Part shown: piece by piece, positions 48,627 through 57,714 of the stretch
Numbering within the stretch: the stretch's first letter is position 1
How the letters are laid out: the number at the start of each line of letters is the position of its first letter
Assembly (NCBI GenBank): GCA_965219475.1
Contig: CBDCNU010000007.1
Location: 9,457-73,456 of the forward strand
DNA length: 64,000 bases
DNA from: Opitutales bacterium
Lineage (GTDB): Bacteria; Verrucomicrobiota; Verrucomicrobiia; Opitutales; UBA2995
Reading direction: 5' to 3'
The notes under the pieces: generated by a model
The model's input: only the letters and a program-made list of their open reading frames with translations
Database searches by the model: none
What the model was told of the DNA's origin: nothing
Position numbers and translations under genes: made by a program

Positions 48627-49655
48627 ATGGAGGGACTGGGTAAACTCCCCTGGCCCAGCTTTTTCCTCCCCGTGTTGTTTCTGGGGATCGGTTGGGCGGA
48701 ATCTCCCCGGCCGGGAGCAGTGGAAAGCGGCCGGATGGTCGACCGCGCTCTGCCTGGCCACGCGCCGAAAGGTGGGGCAACGGAAAAAACTACCCTGGTC
48801 GACACCCGCGGCCGAACCGTGGCGCTGGACAAACCGGCCACCCGCATCGTGTCCCTGCTTCCCAGTCTGACGGAATTCCTCTTCGAACTCGGCCAAGGCC
48901 ACCGATTGGTAGGTCGCACCAATTGGTGCCGGTATCCCCGGGAGACCCAATCTATTTCTGTGGTCGGCGGCCTGGAAAATCCGGTCGCCGAATCCATTCT
49001 GGCCCTGACCCCGGACATCATCCTGGCCGGGCCTTTTCTCAGGGAGGAACAGGTCAATCACCTGGAATCCTTAAACCTCAAGGTGGCTACCTTCGACCAT
49101 CATAATTGGGCCACCATAGTCCGGGACCTGTCCTTGCTGGGAAAAATAATCGACCGCGAAGACGAGGTGGAAGAGCTGATCCGCGGGGTGGACGAGAGGC
49201 GTCGATCAATTGAAATTCGAGGCAGGGGCAAGCCCATCCGGACCCTACTTCTCTATTCTTTGGAACCCCTCTACAGTTGCGGGGCCGACACCTTTATCCA
49301 TGAATTGATTGAGGTGGCCGGGGGACAAAACGTAGCGGCCGATAGCACATCTCCCTGGCCCATGCTATCACTGGAAACCGTTCTGGCCAAGCAACCCGAG
49401 GTCCTGCTGGTTTCGAGCAATGGAGGACCCCCGGAGGAATTTTTCAAAAGGATCCGGGGATTGCCCCGGGACCCGATCTGGGGACAACTGGATGCGGTTA
49501 GGAACAACCGTATATACCTGTTGGACGGCGACACCCTCGCCGTGGCCGGGCCCCGCCTCGTCTCCGCCTTGGACCAGATTGCGGCGGCCCTGCAACCCCA
49601 AATATTTGATGCCCCTCCCGAATTAATCCATTTGGACCTGAAGGATGAAAGGTGA
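48627..49655 (+). CDS. ABC transporter periplasmic binding protein (BtuF / iron-siderophore class)
   Basis: RIVSLLPSLTEFLFELGQGHRLVGRTNWCRYP and PDIILAG motifs. Start taken at MEGLGKLPW (48627). Confidence 0.8.
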   Translation: MEGLGKLPWPSFFLPVLFLGIGWAESPRPGAVESGRMVDRALPGHAPKGGATEKTTLVDTRGRTVALDKPATRIVSLLPSLTEFLFELGQGHRLVGRTNWCRYPRETQSISVVGGLENPVAESILALTPDIILAGPFLREEQVNHLESLNLKVATFDHHNWATIVRDLSLLGKIIDREDEVEELIRGVDERRRSIEIRGRGKPIRTLLLYSLEPLYSCGADTFIHELIEVAGGQNVAADSTSPWPMLSLETVLAKQPEVLLVSSNGGPPEEFFKRIRGLPRDPIWGQLDAVRNNRIYLLDGDTLAVAGPRLVSALDQIAAALQPQIFDAPPELIHLDLKDER

Positions 49656-50487
49656 TCCCGAAGAGTCGACTCCCCGTCCTGCAAAGCCTTCAAGCGAAGC
49701 AGGGGTTGCCATTGAAACGGAAAACCTCTGGGCGGGTTATGGCAATAAAATGGTGCTGCCGGGCCTGAACCTGAGAATCTACAAAGGGGACTTTGTCGGG
49801 CTTATTGGGCCGAACGGCTCGGGGAAAAGCACCTTGATGCATTGCCTGACCGGGATAATCGTCCCGACCAAGGGAACGGTAAGATTGGGCCAACGACCCC
49901 TCTCCGCCTATTCCCGCAAGGCGCTGGCCCGGGAATTTGCCGTTGTGGAGTCGGAGGAAAAGCCCGCCTTCCCGTTCTCGGTAGCTGAATTAGTGGAAAT
50001 GGGTCGATTTCCCTACCTGAAACGGTTTCAGGGATTCGGCAAAGTGGACCGGCAGGCAGTGCGGCGGGCCTTGCGGGCTACCCGACTGACCGGGTATGAG
50101 GCCAGATCGCTCCAACAACTCAGCAGCGGGGAAAGACAACGCGTGTTTCTGGCGCGTGCTTTGGCCCAGGAAACCCGCGCCTTGTTCCTGGACGAGCCCA
50201 CATCCCACTTGGACGTCAAATACCAGATCGAAAGCTTCCACCTCCTGAAACGTCTCAATGAGGAAGACAGCAAGACTATCGTCTGCATATCTCACGACAT
50301 CAACCTGACCCTACAGTTCTGCCCGCGGCTCATCCTCTTGAAGGAGGGGAGAATCCTGGCCGATGGCAGCCCCGGTCAACCCGGTCTGAAGAGACACCTG
50401 GATGCTGCCTTCGAAGAGGATTTCATCCTGCGGAAGCATCCCCACAGTGGCCGGCCCTATATCGTCTACCCGGCCAAAGATCGATGA
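49645..50487 (+). CDS. ABC transporter ATP-binding protein (FecE/BtuD-like)
   Basis: Walker A GPNGSGKST, signature LSSGERQRV, Walker B LFLDEPTSHLD. Confidence 0.9.
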   Translation: MKGDPEESTPRPAKPSSEAGVAIETENLWAGYGNKMVLPGLNLRIYKGDFVGLIGPNGSGKSTLMHCLTGIIVPTKGTVRLGQRPLSAYSRKALAREFAVVESEEKPAFPFSVAELVEMGRFPYLKRFQGFGKVDRQAVRRALRATRLTGYEARSLQQLSSGERQRVFLARALAQETRALFLDEPTSHLDVKYQIESFHLLKRLNEEDSKTIVCISHDINLTLQFCPRLILLKEGRILADGSPGQPGLKRHLDAAFEEDFILRKHPHSGRPYIVYPAKDR

Positions 50488-51527
50488 GAGCCAAAACTAC
50501 CATCTCCCCCTCACCTCCCCTCACTATTGGGCTGCTGGCTCTGGCCCTGGTCGCCATAGGGCTGGTGGCCACGTCCCTGGGGCCTCAAGGAACTATCCAT
50601 CCCTGGGTGATCGTAAAATCCCTGGCTCTCAAGGTAGGGTTAATGGAGGGACCGATGACCCCGGAATCGGTTATCGTCTGGAATCTGCGGCTTCCGAGAG
50701 TTTTGGGAGCCGTCCTGGTTGGCGGCAGTTTGGCAGTATCGGGCGCCCTGATACAGACCCTCTTTCGAAATCCACTGGCAGAGCCCTTCCTCATCGGCAT
50801 TTCTTCCGGCTCCGCCTTCGGGGCCGTCGTCAGTGTTGCCCTGGGGTATTCTCTTACCGGGTGGTCCGGCAATGCCACTACCTTGAGCGCATTTTGTGGG
50901 GGGGTGGGCGTCTCCATTATCGTCTACAACCTCTCCCGCCGTGGCCGACGCATAGCCATGACCACCCTTTTGCTCACAGGTATAGCCATCGGCGGCGTCC
51001 TGCAATCTATCACCACCTTCCTGTTGCTGAATTACGAGTTGCAACAAATTCGCTCTCTCATGGGCTGGATGCTGGGCAGCCTGGCCTTTTTCGGGTGGGA
51101 ACAAGTCGCCTTGTTGGCGCCCTATACCCTGGCAGGTGTGAGCGCGGCCTGGTTTTATCACAGGGAACTGAATCTGTTGGCCTTGGGAGACCACACGGCC
51201 CAACACCTGGGCCTCTCTCTGGAGCGAACCCGCCTCCTGCTTCTGGTTATCGCGACCTTGTTGGCCTCTGCCACCGTAGCCCTATGTGGCATCATAGCCT
51301 TTGTCGGATTAATGGTGCCACATATCGTGCGTATGCTGCTCGGGGCAAACCACAAACAACTGATTCCAGCCAGTATCTGCGCCGGGGGCATTCTCCTGAT
51401 TCTGGCCGACATAACCGCCCGCACCGCCCGCTCCGGACAGGAAATTCCCATCGGCATCATAACCAGTATCCTGGGCGGGATATTTTTTGTTCTTCTCATC
51501 CGAATGCGCTCGCCATGGGCTCGATAG
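50484..51527 (+). CDS. FecCD/BtuC-family ABC permease
   Basis: LRLPRVLGAVLVGGSLAVSGALIQ, typical of FecCD permeases. Start overlaps the ATPase stop (ATGA). Confidence 0.9.
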   Translation: MRAKTTISPSPPLTIGLLALALVAIGLVATSLGPQGTIHPWVIVKSLALKVGLMEGPMTPESVIVWNLRLPRVLGAVLVGGSLAVSGALIQTLFRNPLAEPFLIGISSGSAFGAVVSVALGYSLTGWSGNATTLSAFCGGVGVSIIVYNLSRRGRRIAMTTLLLTGIAIGGVLQSITTFLLLNYELQQIRSLMGWMLGSLAFFGWEQVALLAPYTLAGVSAAWFYHRELNLLALGDHTAQHLGLSLERTRLLLLVIATLLASATVALCGIIAFVGLMVPHIVRMLLGANHKQLIPASICAGGILLILADITARTARSGQEIPIGIITSILGGIFFVLLIRMRSPWAR

Positions 51528-51717
51528 AGCGTCCGGGTCAGAATTGGAAAATGGAGAGATGGCTGAGGGGTCGTTCCGAGCCGCTCTCGCGGCGACACAA
51601 ACGCAGTGTCCAAGCAATGGGTTGCCGCAAGGCAAAAACCGTTGCTCTCGACCACCTTCTGCAGCACTTTTCGAGTTGCCTGCATTATATTTTTTCCCAA
51701 GCTACATCCCTCTACAC

Positions 51718-51807
51718 GGAGAGATGGCTGAGTGGTCGAAAGCAACGGTTTGCTAAATCGTCGAGGGTGAAAGTCCTCCGGGGGTTCGAATCCCCCTCTC
51801 TCCGCCA
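51718..51807 (+). tRNA. tRNA-Ser (anticodon GCT), CCA encoded
   Basis: Folded by hand. Acceptor GGAGAGA/TCTCTCC. D arm GCT..AGC. Anticodon stem ACGGT/ATCGT with loop TTGCTAA. Long variable arm. T arm GGGGG-TTCGAAT-CCCCC. Discriminator G followed by CCA. Confidence 0.9.
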
Positions 51808-52074
51808 TTAGTCATCAAAAGAGGAAAATTTAAAGACGTCAGGCCTTGGCTCTTGACAATTCCGGTCAATTTGTGCGGTCTGGATTTCCGCAAAATTTAA
51901 TTTCCAAATTCGGGTAAAAGGCTAATCAAACAGCCTTTGGTTCCGATCAGGCTACGGCTTCCCTCCACCAAGGACTCTTGTCCGAACCAACCCGGCAACC
52001 ACTATGAACATAATCAAGCAAGAGTCCAATTTGACCTGGTAGGAAGTTTGAGAGCCGATCAAGAGATCATCAGC

Positions 52075-52635
52075 ATGACCACGACTAAAACAAAATCGTT
52101 GAGCCTGTTCCTGACACGGCTGATCTCCCTGAGCGTGTTTCTCATCCCATCCCTGCCCATCTCCGGGTGGGCGGTCGGGCAACCAATGGACGGGATGTCG
52201 GTAATTGAAGCCATTCGCCAAGGCCGGGTCAAATGGTCCCCCTACGTGGTGCACGGCAGACGCTATGTGCCCATGAGCAGCAGGCAGGCACAACGCTATG
52301 AAGAGACGGGAATCGCGTCATGGTATGGCGAGGAAACCCGGCGAAGAAAGGGGGGAAACATGACCGCGAACGGCGAAGCCTTCAATCCCATGGCCATGAC
52401 CGCCGCCCATAAATACCTGCCTTTGCCGATCATCGTCAGGGTGACGAACCTGGAAAATGGTCGATCGATCATCGTCAGGGTCAACGACCGTGGGCCATTT
52501 CCCAGCACCAACAATCCGAACTCCGGGAAACGCATCATCGACTTGGCCTATGGAGCTGCCAGAAGACTGGGATTCCACGAAAAGGGATTGGCCCGCGTCC
52601 ACGTCAAAGTCATCCCGATCAAGGTCAGCCTTTAG
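52075..52635 (+). CDS. rlpA: septal-ring lytic transglycosylase RlpA-family protein (DPBB domain)
   Basis: GIASWYGEE...GGNMTANGEAFNPMAMTAAHKYLPLPIIVRVTNLENGRSIIVRVNDRGPF. Confidence 0.85.
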   Translation: MTTTKTKSLSLFLTRLISLSVFLIPSLPISGWAVGQPMDGMSVIEAIRQGRVKWSPYVVHGRRYVPMSSRQAQRYEETGIASWYGEETRRRKGGNMTANGEAFNPMAMTAAHKYLPLPIIVRVTNLENGRSIIVRVNDRGPFPSTNNPNSGKRIIDLAYGAARRLGFHEKGLARVHVKVIPIKVSL

Positions 52636-52759
52636 ACTCATCTTCGGGCACGTCTCCGCAGTTGGAGCGTCCGTTCTTCATCAGTCAGCTCTTCCGCCGG
52701 GTAGTATCCGATTTACCGGTTTGACACTACCTTGAATTGCTGAGAGTCGAGGGGTTGTC

Positions 52760-53035
52760 ATGAAGTCATTACCGAAGGATGTTTCAAGCTATGCCAAGAG
52801 TCAGACGTTTACCGAATCCTCAATTCCGGTAAGCCTGCAGAACTCCCACAGAACCAAAGCCGATAACTGGGCAAAGATCGTAGTATTGGAGGGAAGGCTC
52901 CTTTATCGTATTCTCACGCCAGAGACTGAAGAAATCGAACTATCGCCGGAAATGTCCGGAATCGTGGAGCCGGAAGTTCCCCATGAAGTGGAGGCTATAG
53001 GTGGTGTTCGTTTCTACCTGGAGTTTTACAGATAA
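52760..53035 (+). CDS. DUF1971-domain protein (TehB N-terminal / YeaR-like)
   Basis: 91 aa; ...NSHRTKADNWAKIVVLEGRLLYRI...PEVPHEVEAIGGVRFYLEFY matches the DUF1971 pattern. Confidence 0.6.
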   Translation: MKSLPKDVSSYAKSQTFTESSIPVSLQNSHRTKADNWAKIVVLEGRLLYRILTPETEEIELSPEMSGIVEPEVPHEVEAIGGVRFYLEFYR

Positions 53036-53090
53036 CGAATAAGACGTCAGGTCTCGGCTCCTGACAAAATCCTCGCCCTGACTCCATGCC

Positions 53091-53168
53091 ATGGCGAGGC
53101 CCTTAAGAAATGAGTTTGCCGGCGGCTGTTACCACGTGATCAACCTGGGGAACTACCGCCGCGCCTTT
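53091..53168 (+). pseudogene. N-terminal stub (about 26 codons) of a REP-associated / IS200-like tyrosine transposase (RAYT)
   Basis: MARPLRNEFAGGCYHVINLGNYRRAF matches the conserved MARPLR.E..GA.YHV..RGN.R..IF start of this family. No HUH motif or catalytic Tyr region follows; the three-hairpin repeat module follows instead. Confidence 0.5.
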
Positions 53169-53169
53169 G

Positions 53170-53327
53170 CCCGAAGCCCACACCAGCACTCGATCTCCAT
53201 TCGCTCGCGAAGCATTTTGTGAGATTCAATGTGGAACCCCGTTGGGGCTCATTGTTTTTGTCCATTTCAACCCAGTGTGCGCTGTGCGACACTGGGCTTT
53301 GGAGTGGAACTGCTTTGCAGTTCATTC
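53170..53327. repeat. Dispersed element copy C (three-hairpin module only)
   Basis: Aligns with 31176-31323 and 62806-62956. Confidence 0.85.
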
Positions 53328-53494
53328 CAGGGTGGCCTTCATTAAATGAGATAACCTTCTATCCGGCTGTTACAGAATAACACCCAGCCGCTTGTGTGAA
53401 CAAATTAATGGGACACCACACTAGCCATACGGAGGGGAAGGCAAGGGCATTTTAATCCGTGGATTATTCGACCCTCGAGAGTTTGGAAATGGGC

Positions 53495-55021
53495 TCAGTG
53501 AGCGCCGGCTGAGAGTTCGACCGGCTTGTAGCCGCCCCTGCTCTTGAAGTAGAGGTGGAGGCCAATATAGCCGATCAACATCAGGATGGGGAACAGGGTG
53601 ACTTTTCTCAATGCGCTTTGGGTTCTCTCTTCGATGATAGGCTGCAGCATTTCCTGGTCCTCCTGGGACAATTCGGCCAACTTGGCAGGATCTACCGCCT
53701 TGTAATCACCGAGGACGTAGCTCTTGTCCTGCCCGATGGATTCAATCATGTCCGGATGGGATTCGGCGATGGCGTCGGTTACGTTCTTCTCCTGAAAGGC
53801 TCCGATAAGGGGACCCCCCACGATACCGACGGAGAGCATTCCGATGCCCGCGATCGCATTGAGCGAAAGGGCTCCTCCCTTGGGGAACTGTTCCGATACG
53901 ACACCCAACATGGTGGGCCAGAAAAAGGTCTTACCGATCCCGTAAATAGTGGCGGCGATGAACACAATGGCCAATCCCTTGGCCCCGGCCAAAAGGAAAA
54001 GCCCCACCGCGGCAAAGGAAGCGGACGCTATCAAAAGTCCCAATGGTCCAAGCTTGCCCACGATGGGTCCCACATTGAAGCGGAGGATCATCATAATGGC
54101 GGAGGTATAGACCAATACCAGGATTGCGGGCGCTCCGATTTCTTGCATGGGCGCCTGCATCAAACTGGTTATCCACCCATCGGTACCCAACTCGGTGATA
54201 GCCAGTGGAATCATGATGAGAACGAGGACAATCATGATGGGTCGGCCCAGAGAACGGCAATAGGCGAAATAGACCCCGGTGGAAACGATGGTCAAAATCC
54301 ACACCACGGTGTTGCTGAAGCCAAAGACCTGTCCCAATTGAGCGGCTATCAACCAAGCCGCAATCAAGGCGCAAACAGTGCCGAATTCGGCCAGCATTTC
54401 CCTGTAGGTGGTTCCCGAGGCCACCCGTTCGTTAACCGGATAGTGGGCCCCAATCAACATGACGAAGAAGATGATGGCCGGAATGATGACAAGGGCGATG
54501 AGGATCAACCATTGTTCCTGGCCCGTTTTCCCCAGAGCGGCGGTCAAGAGCCCGCCGACCACCAGACCGCCCGGCCAACCGGCATGCAGAATATTTAGCC
54601 ACTTGGTTTTCTCCTTGTTGAACATGGTGGCGACGATCGGATTGATGTAGGCTTCCACCGTTCCATTTCCCAGGCCGAGAATGATGGACCCCATGTAGAG
54701 GTACTTATAGGCGATCGCGTTGTCCGAGGCCCCATGCGCCAGAAAAGCGAAAATACCGTATAAGGCATAACAGATGAAACTGAAAATCATGGCCGTTCGG
54801 TAGCCGATCTTGTCGATGACCAGGCTGAACAGAATAATACTGATGGCGAATGGCCAGACGCCGGCCCCAAACAACTCGCCTTGTTGAACGCTATTCAAGG
54901 AGAATTCTTCAGCCCATGAAGTGAAGACCAGACCAATTCGTGTACTGAAGGCCATGGCGGTGGTTATCAGGGCAATGAAGCAGCCCCAGAACATCCTTAA
55001 AGCTTTGGGATCGTTTTTCAT
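53495..55021 (-). CDS. MFS-type transporter
   Basis: About 12-14 predicted hydrophobic helices. Start taken at MKNDPKALRMFWG (55021); the ORF is open to 55195. Confidence 0.7.
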   Translation of the reverse strand: MKNDPKALRMFWGCFIALITTAMAFSTRIGLVFTSWAEEFSLNSVQQGELFGAGVWPFAISIILFSLVIDKIGYRTAMIFSFICYALYGIFAFLAHGASDNAIAYKYLYMGSIILGLGNGTVEAYINPIVATMFNKEKTKWLNILHAGWPGGLVVGGLLTAALGKTGQEQWLILIALVIIPAIIFFVMLIGAHYPVNERVASGTTYREMLAEFGTVCALIAAWLIAAQLGQVFGFSNTVVWILTIVSTGVYFAYCRSLGRPIMIVLVLIMIPLAITELGTDGWITSLMQAPMQEIGAPAILVLVYTSAIMMILRFNVGPIVGKLGPLGLLIASASFAAVGLFLLAGAKGLAIVFIAATIYGIGKTFFWPTMLGVVSEQFPKGGALSLNAIAGIGMLSVGIVGGPLIGAFQEKNVTDAIAESHPDMIESIGQDKSYVLGDYKAVDPAKLAELSQEDQEMLQPIIEERTQSALRKVTLFPILMLIGYIGLHLYFKSRGGYKPVELSAGAH

Positions 55022-55210
55022 AACAATGCGGTAAGGGGGTTTTTTAGGTGAGAGTTTCGGGGTGAAAAGCCTATAAAAGAGAAAATTGGCCGGTTGTCTA
55101 CTTCTTAATGACCCTGGGGAAATATTTGAGATTTTGGGACGATATTCCTCATAAATATGAATTTCAAACGAGCCGAGGTCGGGAACGGACTCCACCTGGG
55201 TTGAGCCGGT

Positions 55211-56464
55211 TCAGGAGGGGTATTTCTTCAAGACGAGCACACCATTGTGGCCGCCAAAACCGAGGTTGTTGCTCAGAGCCACCTCGACCGGGGCGGATTG
55301 CTTGACGTGGGGCACGTAATCCAGGTCACATTCGGGGTCCGGATTTTCCAGGTTGATAGTGGGGGGGATGGCTCCGCTCCTTATGGTTTGCACACAGGCA
55401 ATGGCCTCAATGCCTCCCGCCGCACCCAACAAATGGCCCGTCATGGACTTGGTTGAACTGATCTTTACCTTGGCGGCATGGGCCCCCAGGGATTTTTTGA
55501 TGGAAAGGGTTTCAATCTTGTCGTTGTAGGGGGTGGAGGTGCCGTGAGCATTGATGTAATCGACCTCTTCCGGCGCCACACGGGCATCTGTCAGGGCGTA
55601 ATCTATGGCATGTTGCAACCCTTCCCCCGATGTATCGGGCGCGGTGATGTGGAAGGCGTCGCAAGTCGCTCCATACCCGGCCAATTCACACAGGATGGGC
55701 GCCCCTCGCCGCAAAGCATGCTCCAATGATTCCAAAATGACAACGCCGGCCCCTTCGCCCATGACGAATCCGTCCCGCTCCAGATCGAAGGGTCGGCTGG
55801 CTTTTTCCGGGTCGTGGTTGGCCGTGCTCATGGCTTTCATTTGACAGAAACCGGCGTAGGAAAGTCTTGTAATGGTCGCCTCGCTCCCACCCGCGATCAT
55901 TACATCGGCATCGCCGTAACGGATGTGGCGCAGGGCTTCGCCAATTGCGTTGGTGCCGGTCGTGCAAGCGCTTACGATACCGAAGTTGGGTCCCTTTGCT
56001 CCATGTTCAATGGCGACCACCCCACAGCCCATGTTGGCGATGAGCATGGGAATCATGAAGGGGGAAACCCGACGGGGTCCACGGGTATGCAAGACCCGGG
56101 ATTGGCTTTCGATGGTGTACATGCCTCCTATGCCCGATCCGACAAATACACCCACCCGGAAGGGATCTTCCTTGCTCATATCCAACTGCGCGTTTTGCAC
56201 GGCCTGGCGGGCCGCATAAACGGCAAATTGAGTGTAGCGGTCGTTGCGACGAGCCGTCTTGGCATCCATTACCCGGGCCGGGTCCCAATCGACTTCCCCA
56301 CCGATCTTACAAGTGAACTCGGTGGAATCGAAATGGGTAATCCTTCGGATACCACTATTGCCGGCCAGAAGATTGCTCCAAAAGTCTTCCGGATTGTCGC
56401 CCAAAGCGGTGATAACCCCCATTCCAGTGATGGCAACACGCTTGTTCTGAGCGGAACTGGCCAT
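55211..56464 (-). CDS. fabF: beta-ketoacyl-ACP synthase II
   Basis: KRVAITGMG, active-site region IVSACTTGTNAIG, INAHGTSTPYND and GHLLGAAG motifs. Confidence 0.95.
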   Translation of the reverse strand: MASSAQNKRVAITGMGVITALGDNPEDFWSNLLAGNSGIRRITHFDSTEFTCKIGGEVDWDPARVMDAKTARRNDRYTQFAVYAARQAVQNAQLDMSKEDPFRVGVFVGSGIGGMYTIESQSRVLHTRGPRRVSPFMIPMLIANMGCGVVAIEHGAKGPNFGIVSACTTGTNAIGEALRHIRYGDADVMIAGGSEATITRLSYAGFCQMKAMSTANHDPEKASRPFDLERDGFVMGEGAGVVILESLEHALRRGAPILCELAGYGATCDAFHITAPDTSGEGLQHAIDYALTDARVAPEEVDYINAHGTSTPYNDKIETLSIKKSLGAHAAKVKISSTKSMTGHLLGAAGGIEAIACVQTIRSGAIPPTINLENPDPECDLDYVPHVKQSAPVEVALSNNLGFGGHNGVLVLKKYPS

Positions 56465-56507
56465 GGAAAAACAGGGGCGCTGGATTGAAGGCGCCCGCGA
56501 TGAACGT

Positions 56508-56765
56508 TCAGGATTGTGCCTTCTCTTTGAGAAAAGCGATCACATCCCCCACCGTCTGAAGCTTCTCCGCATCGGATTCCGGAATCTCCCCGTCTATTTC
56601 ATCGACAAATTCTTCCTCAAAAGCCATGATCAACTCGACCGTATCGAGTGAATCCGCTCCCAGGTCATCCAGGAAGGAGGCTTCTAGTGTAACCTGCTCC
56701 TCATTGACGTTGAGTTGGTTGATTATGATTTCAGTAACGCGATCTTCAATTGTTTTGTCTGCCAT
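56508..56765 (-). CDS. acpP: acyl carrier protein
   Basis: [19 protein letters not shown] phosphopantetheine-attachment motif; 85 aa. Confidence 0.95.
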   Translation of the reverse strand: MADKTIEDRVTEIIINQLNVNEEQVTLEASFLDDLGADSLDTVELIMAFEEEFVDEIDGEIPESDAEKLQTVGDVIAFLKEKAQS

Positions 56766-56801
56766 GATGGGATTTGGGTGAAATATAATTAAAATGAGAG
56801 T

Positions 56802-57536
56802 TTAAATCGTCAAACCGCCGTCAACAGTAAAAACTTGGCCCGTAATGTAGCCGCCTTCCTCGGAGGCCAGGTAAGCCACCACGTTGGCGATTTCCCGGGT
56901 TTGCCCAAATCTTTTCAAAGGGATGGCGGCCAGAATACGTTGAGCCGCATCTCCCTGCTGGAATGCCCGGGTCAAATCCGTTTCGATAAAGCCGGGTGCC
57001 ACCGCATTGCAGGTGATGGAGCGAGGGGAAAGCTCTTTGGCCAGGGACTTGACGAAGGCGACCATACCGGCCTTGGCGCTGGCGTAATTTGCCTGACCTG
57101 AATTTCCCGTAAGACCGCTAACGGAGGAAATATTTATGATCCTGCCCCATCTTCCCTTCATCATGGAACGGACCAGACCCTTGGTCCAATAAAACACGCT
57201 ATTGAGATTGGTGTCGATGACGGTTTGCCAGTCTTCCTGGGACATGCGGATGAGCAGGTTATCCCGGGTAATGCCGGCGTTGTTGACCAGTATGTCGATC
57301 CGCCGGTGTTGGGAGATCAGGCTCTTGCAAGCCGCCGCCACCGCCGCGCTGTCCGCCACATCCACGGCCAAGGCCTGCGCCTTTCCCCCCTTGGCCTGAA
57401 TGGCCTCGGCGGCGGATCCACAACTCCGGGAATGCTTGCTTACACAAACCACGTGCGCGCCCTCCCCCGCGAGGGTCTCCGCAATGGCTCTTCCAATGCC
57501 CCGCCCGGCCCCGGTTACCACGGCCACTCGTTCCAT
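56802..57536 (-). CDS. fabG: 3-oxoacyl-ACP reductase
   Basis: VVTGAGRGIG, NNAG, YASAKAG, and its position in a fabG-acpP-fabF operon. Confidence 0.9.
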   Translation of the reverse strand: MERVAVVTGAGRGIGRAIAETLAGEGAHVVCVSKHSRSCGSAAEAIQAKGGKAQALAVDVADSAAVAAACKSLISQHRRIDILVNNAGITRDNLLIRMSQEDWQTVIDTNLNSVFYWTKGLVRSMMKGRWGRIINISSVSGLTGNSGQANYASAKAGMVAFVKSLAKELSPRSITCNAVAPGFIETDLTRAFQQGDAAQRILAAIPLKRFGQTREIANVVAYLASEEGGYITGQVFTVDGGLTI

Positions 57537-57714
57537 AAAGGTCAATTCCATGAGTTGGGAAGTCCGCCATATTTTTCATACGCGTTCAAGGGAATTCAAT
57601 GCGCGGCAGGAAGGGCTCAAACCTGGATGGGGCTTAGTTAAGCAAATTTACCATCAATTATCGAATTAAGGCCGGCGTCGGGGTCATTTAAAAAGCGGCG
57701 ATTACGGAAAAGCC

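Noticed and set aside
50402-51811. 469-aa plus-strand ORF overlapping the FecCD permease and running through the tRNA-Ser gene.
   Set aside because: It is an alternative frame of a clearly conserved permease. Its composition is Arg/Pro/Ser-rich and it reads across a tRNA, so it is not a real CDS.
51528-52074. Integrated element or prophage boundary at tRNA-Ser.
   Set aside because: No integrase, excisionase or phage gene is on either side. Only a 21-nt 5'-end duplication is present, reported as a low-interest finding.
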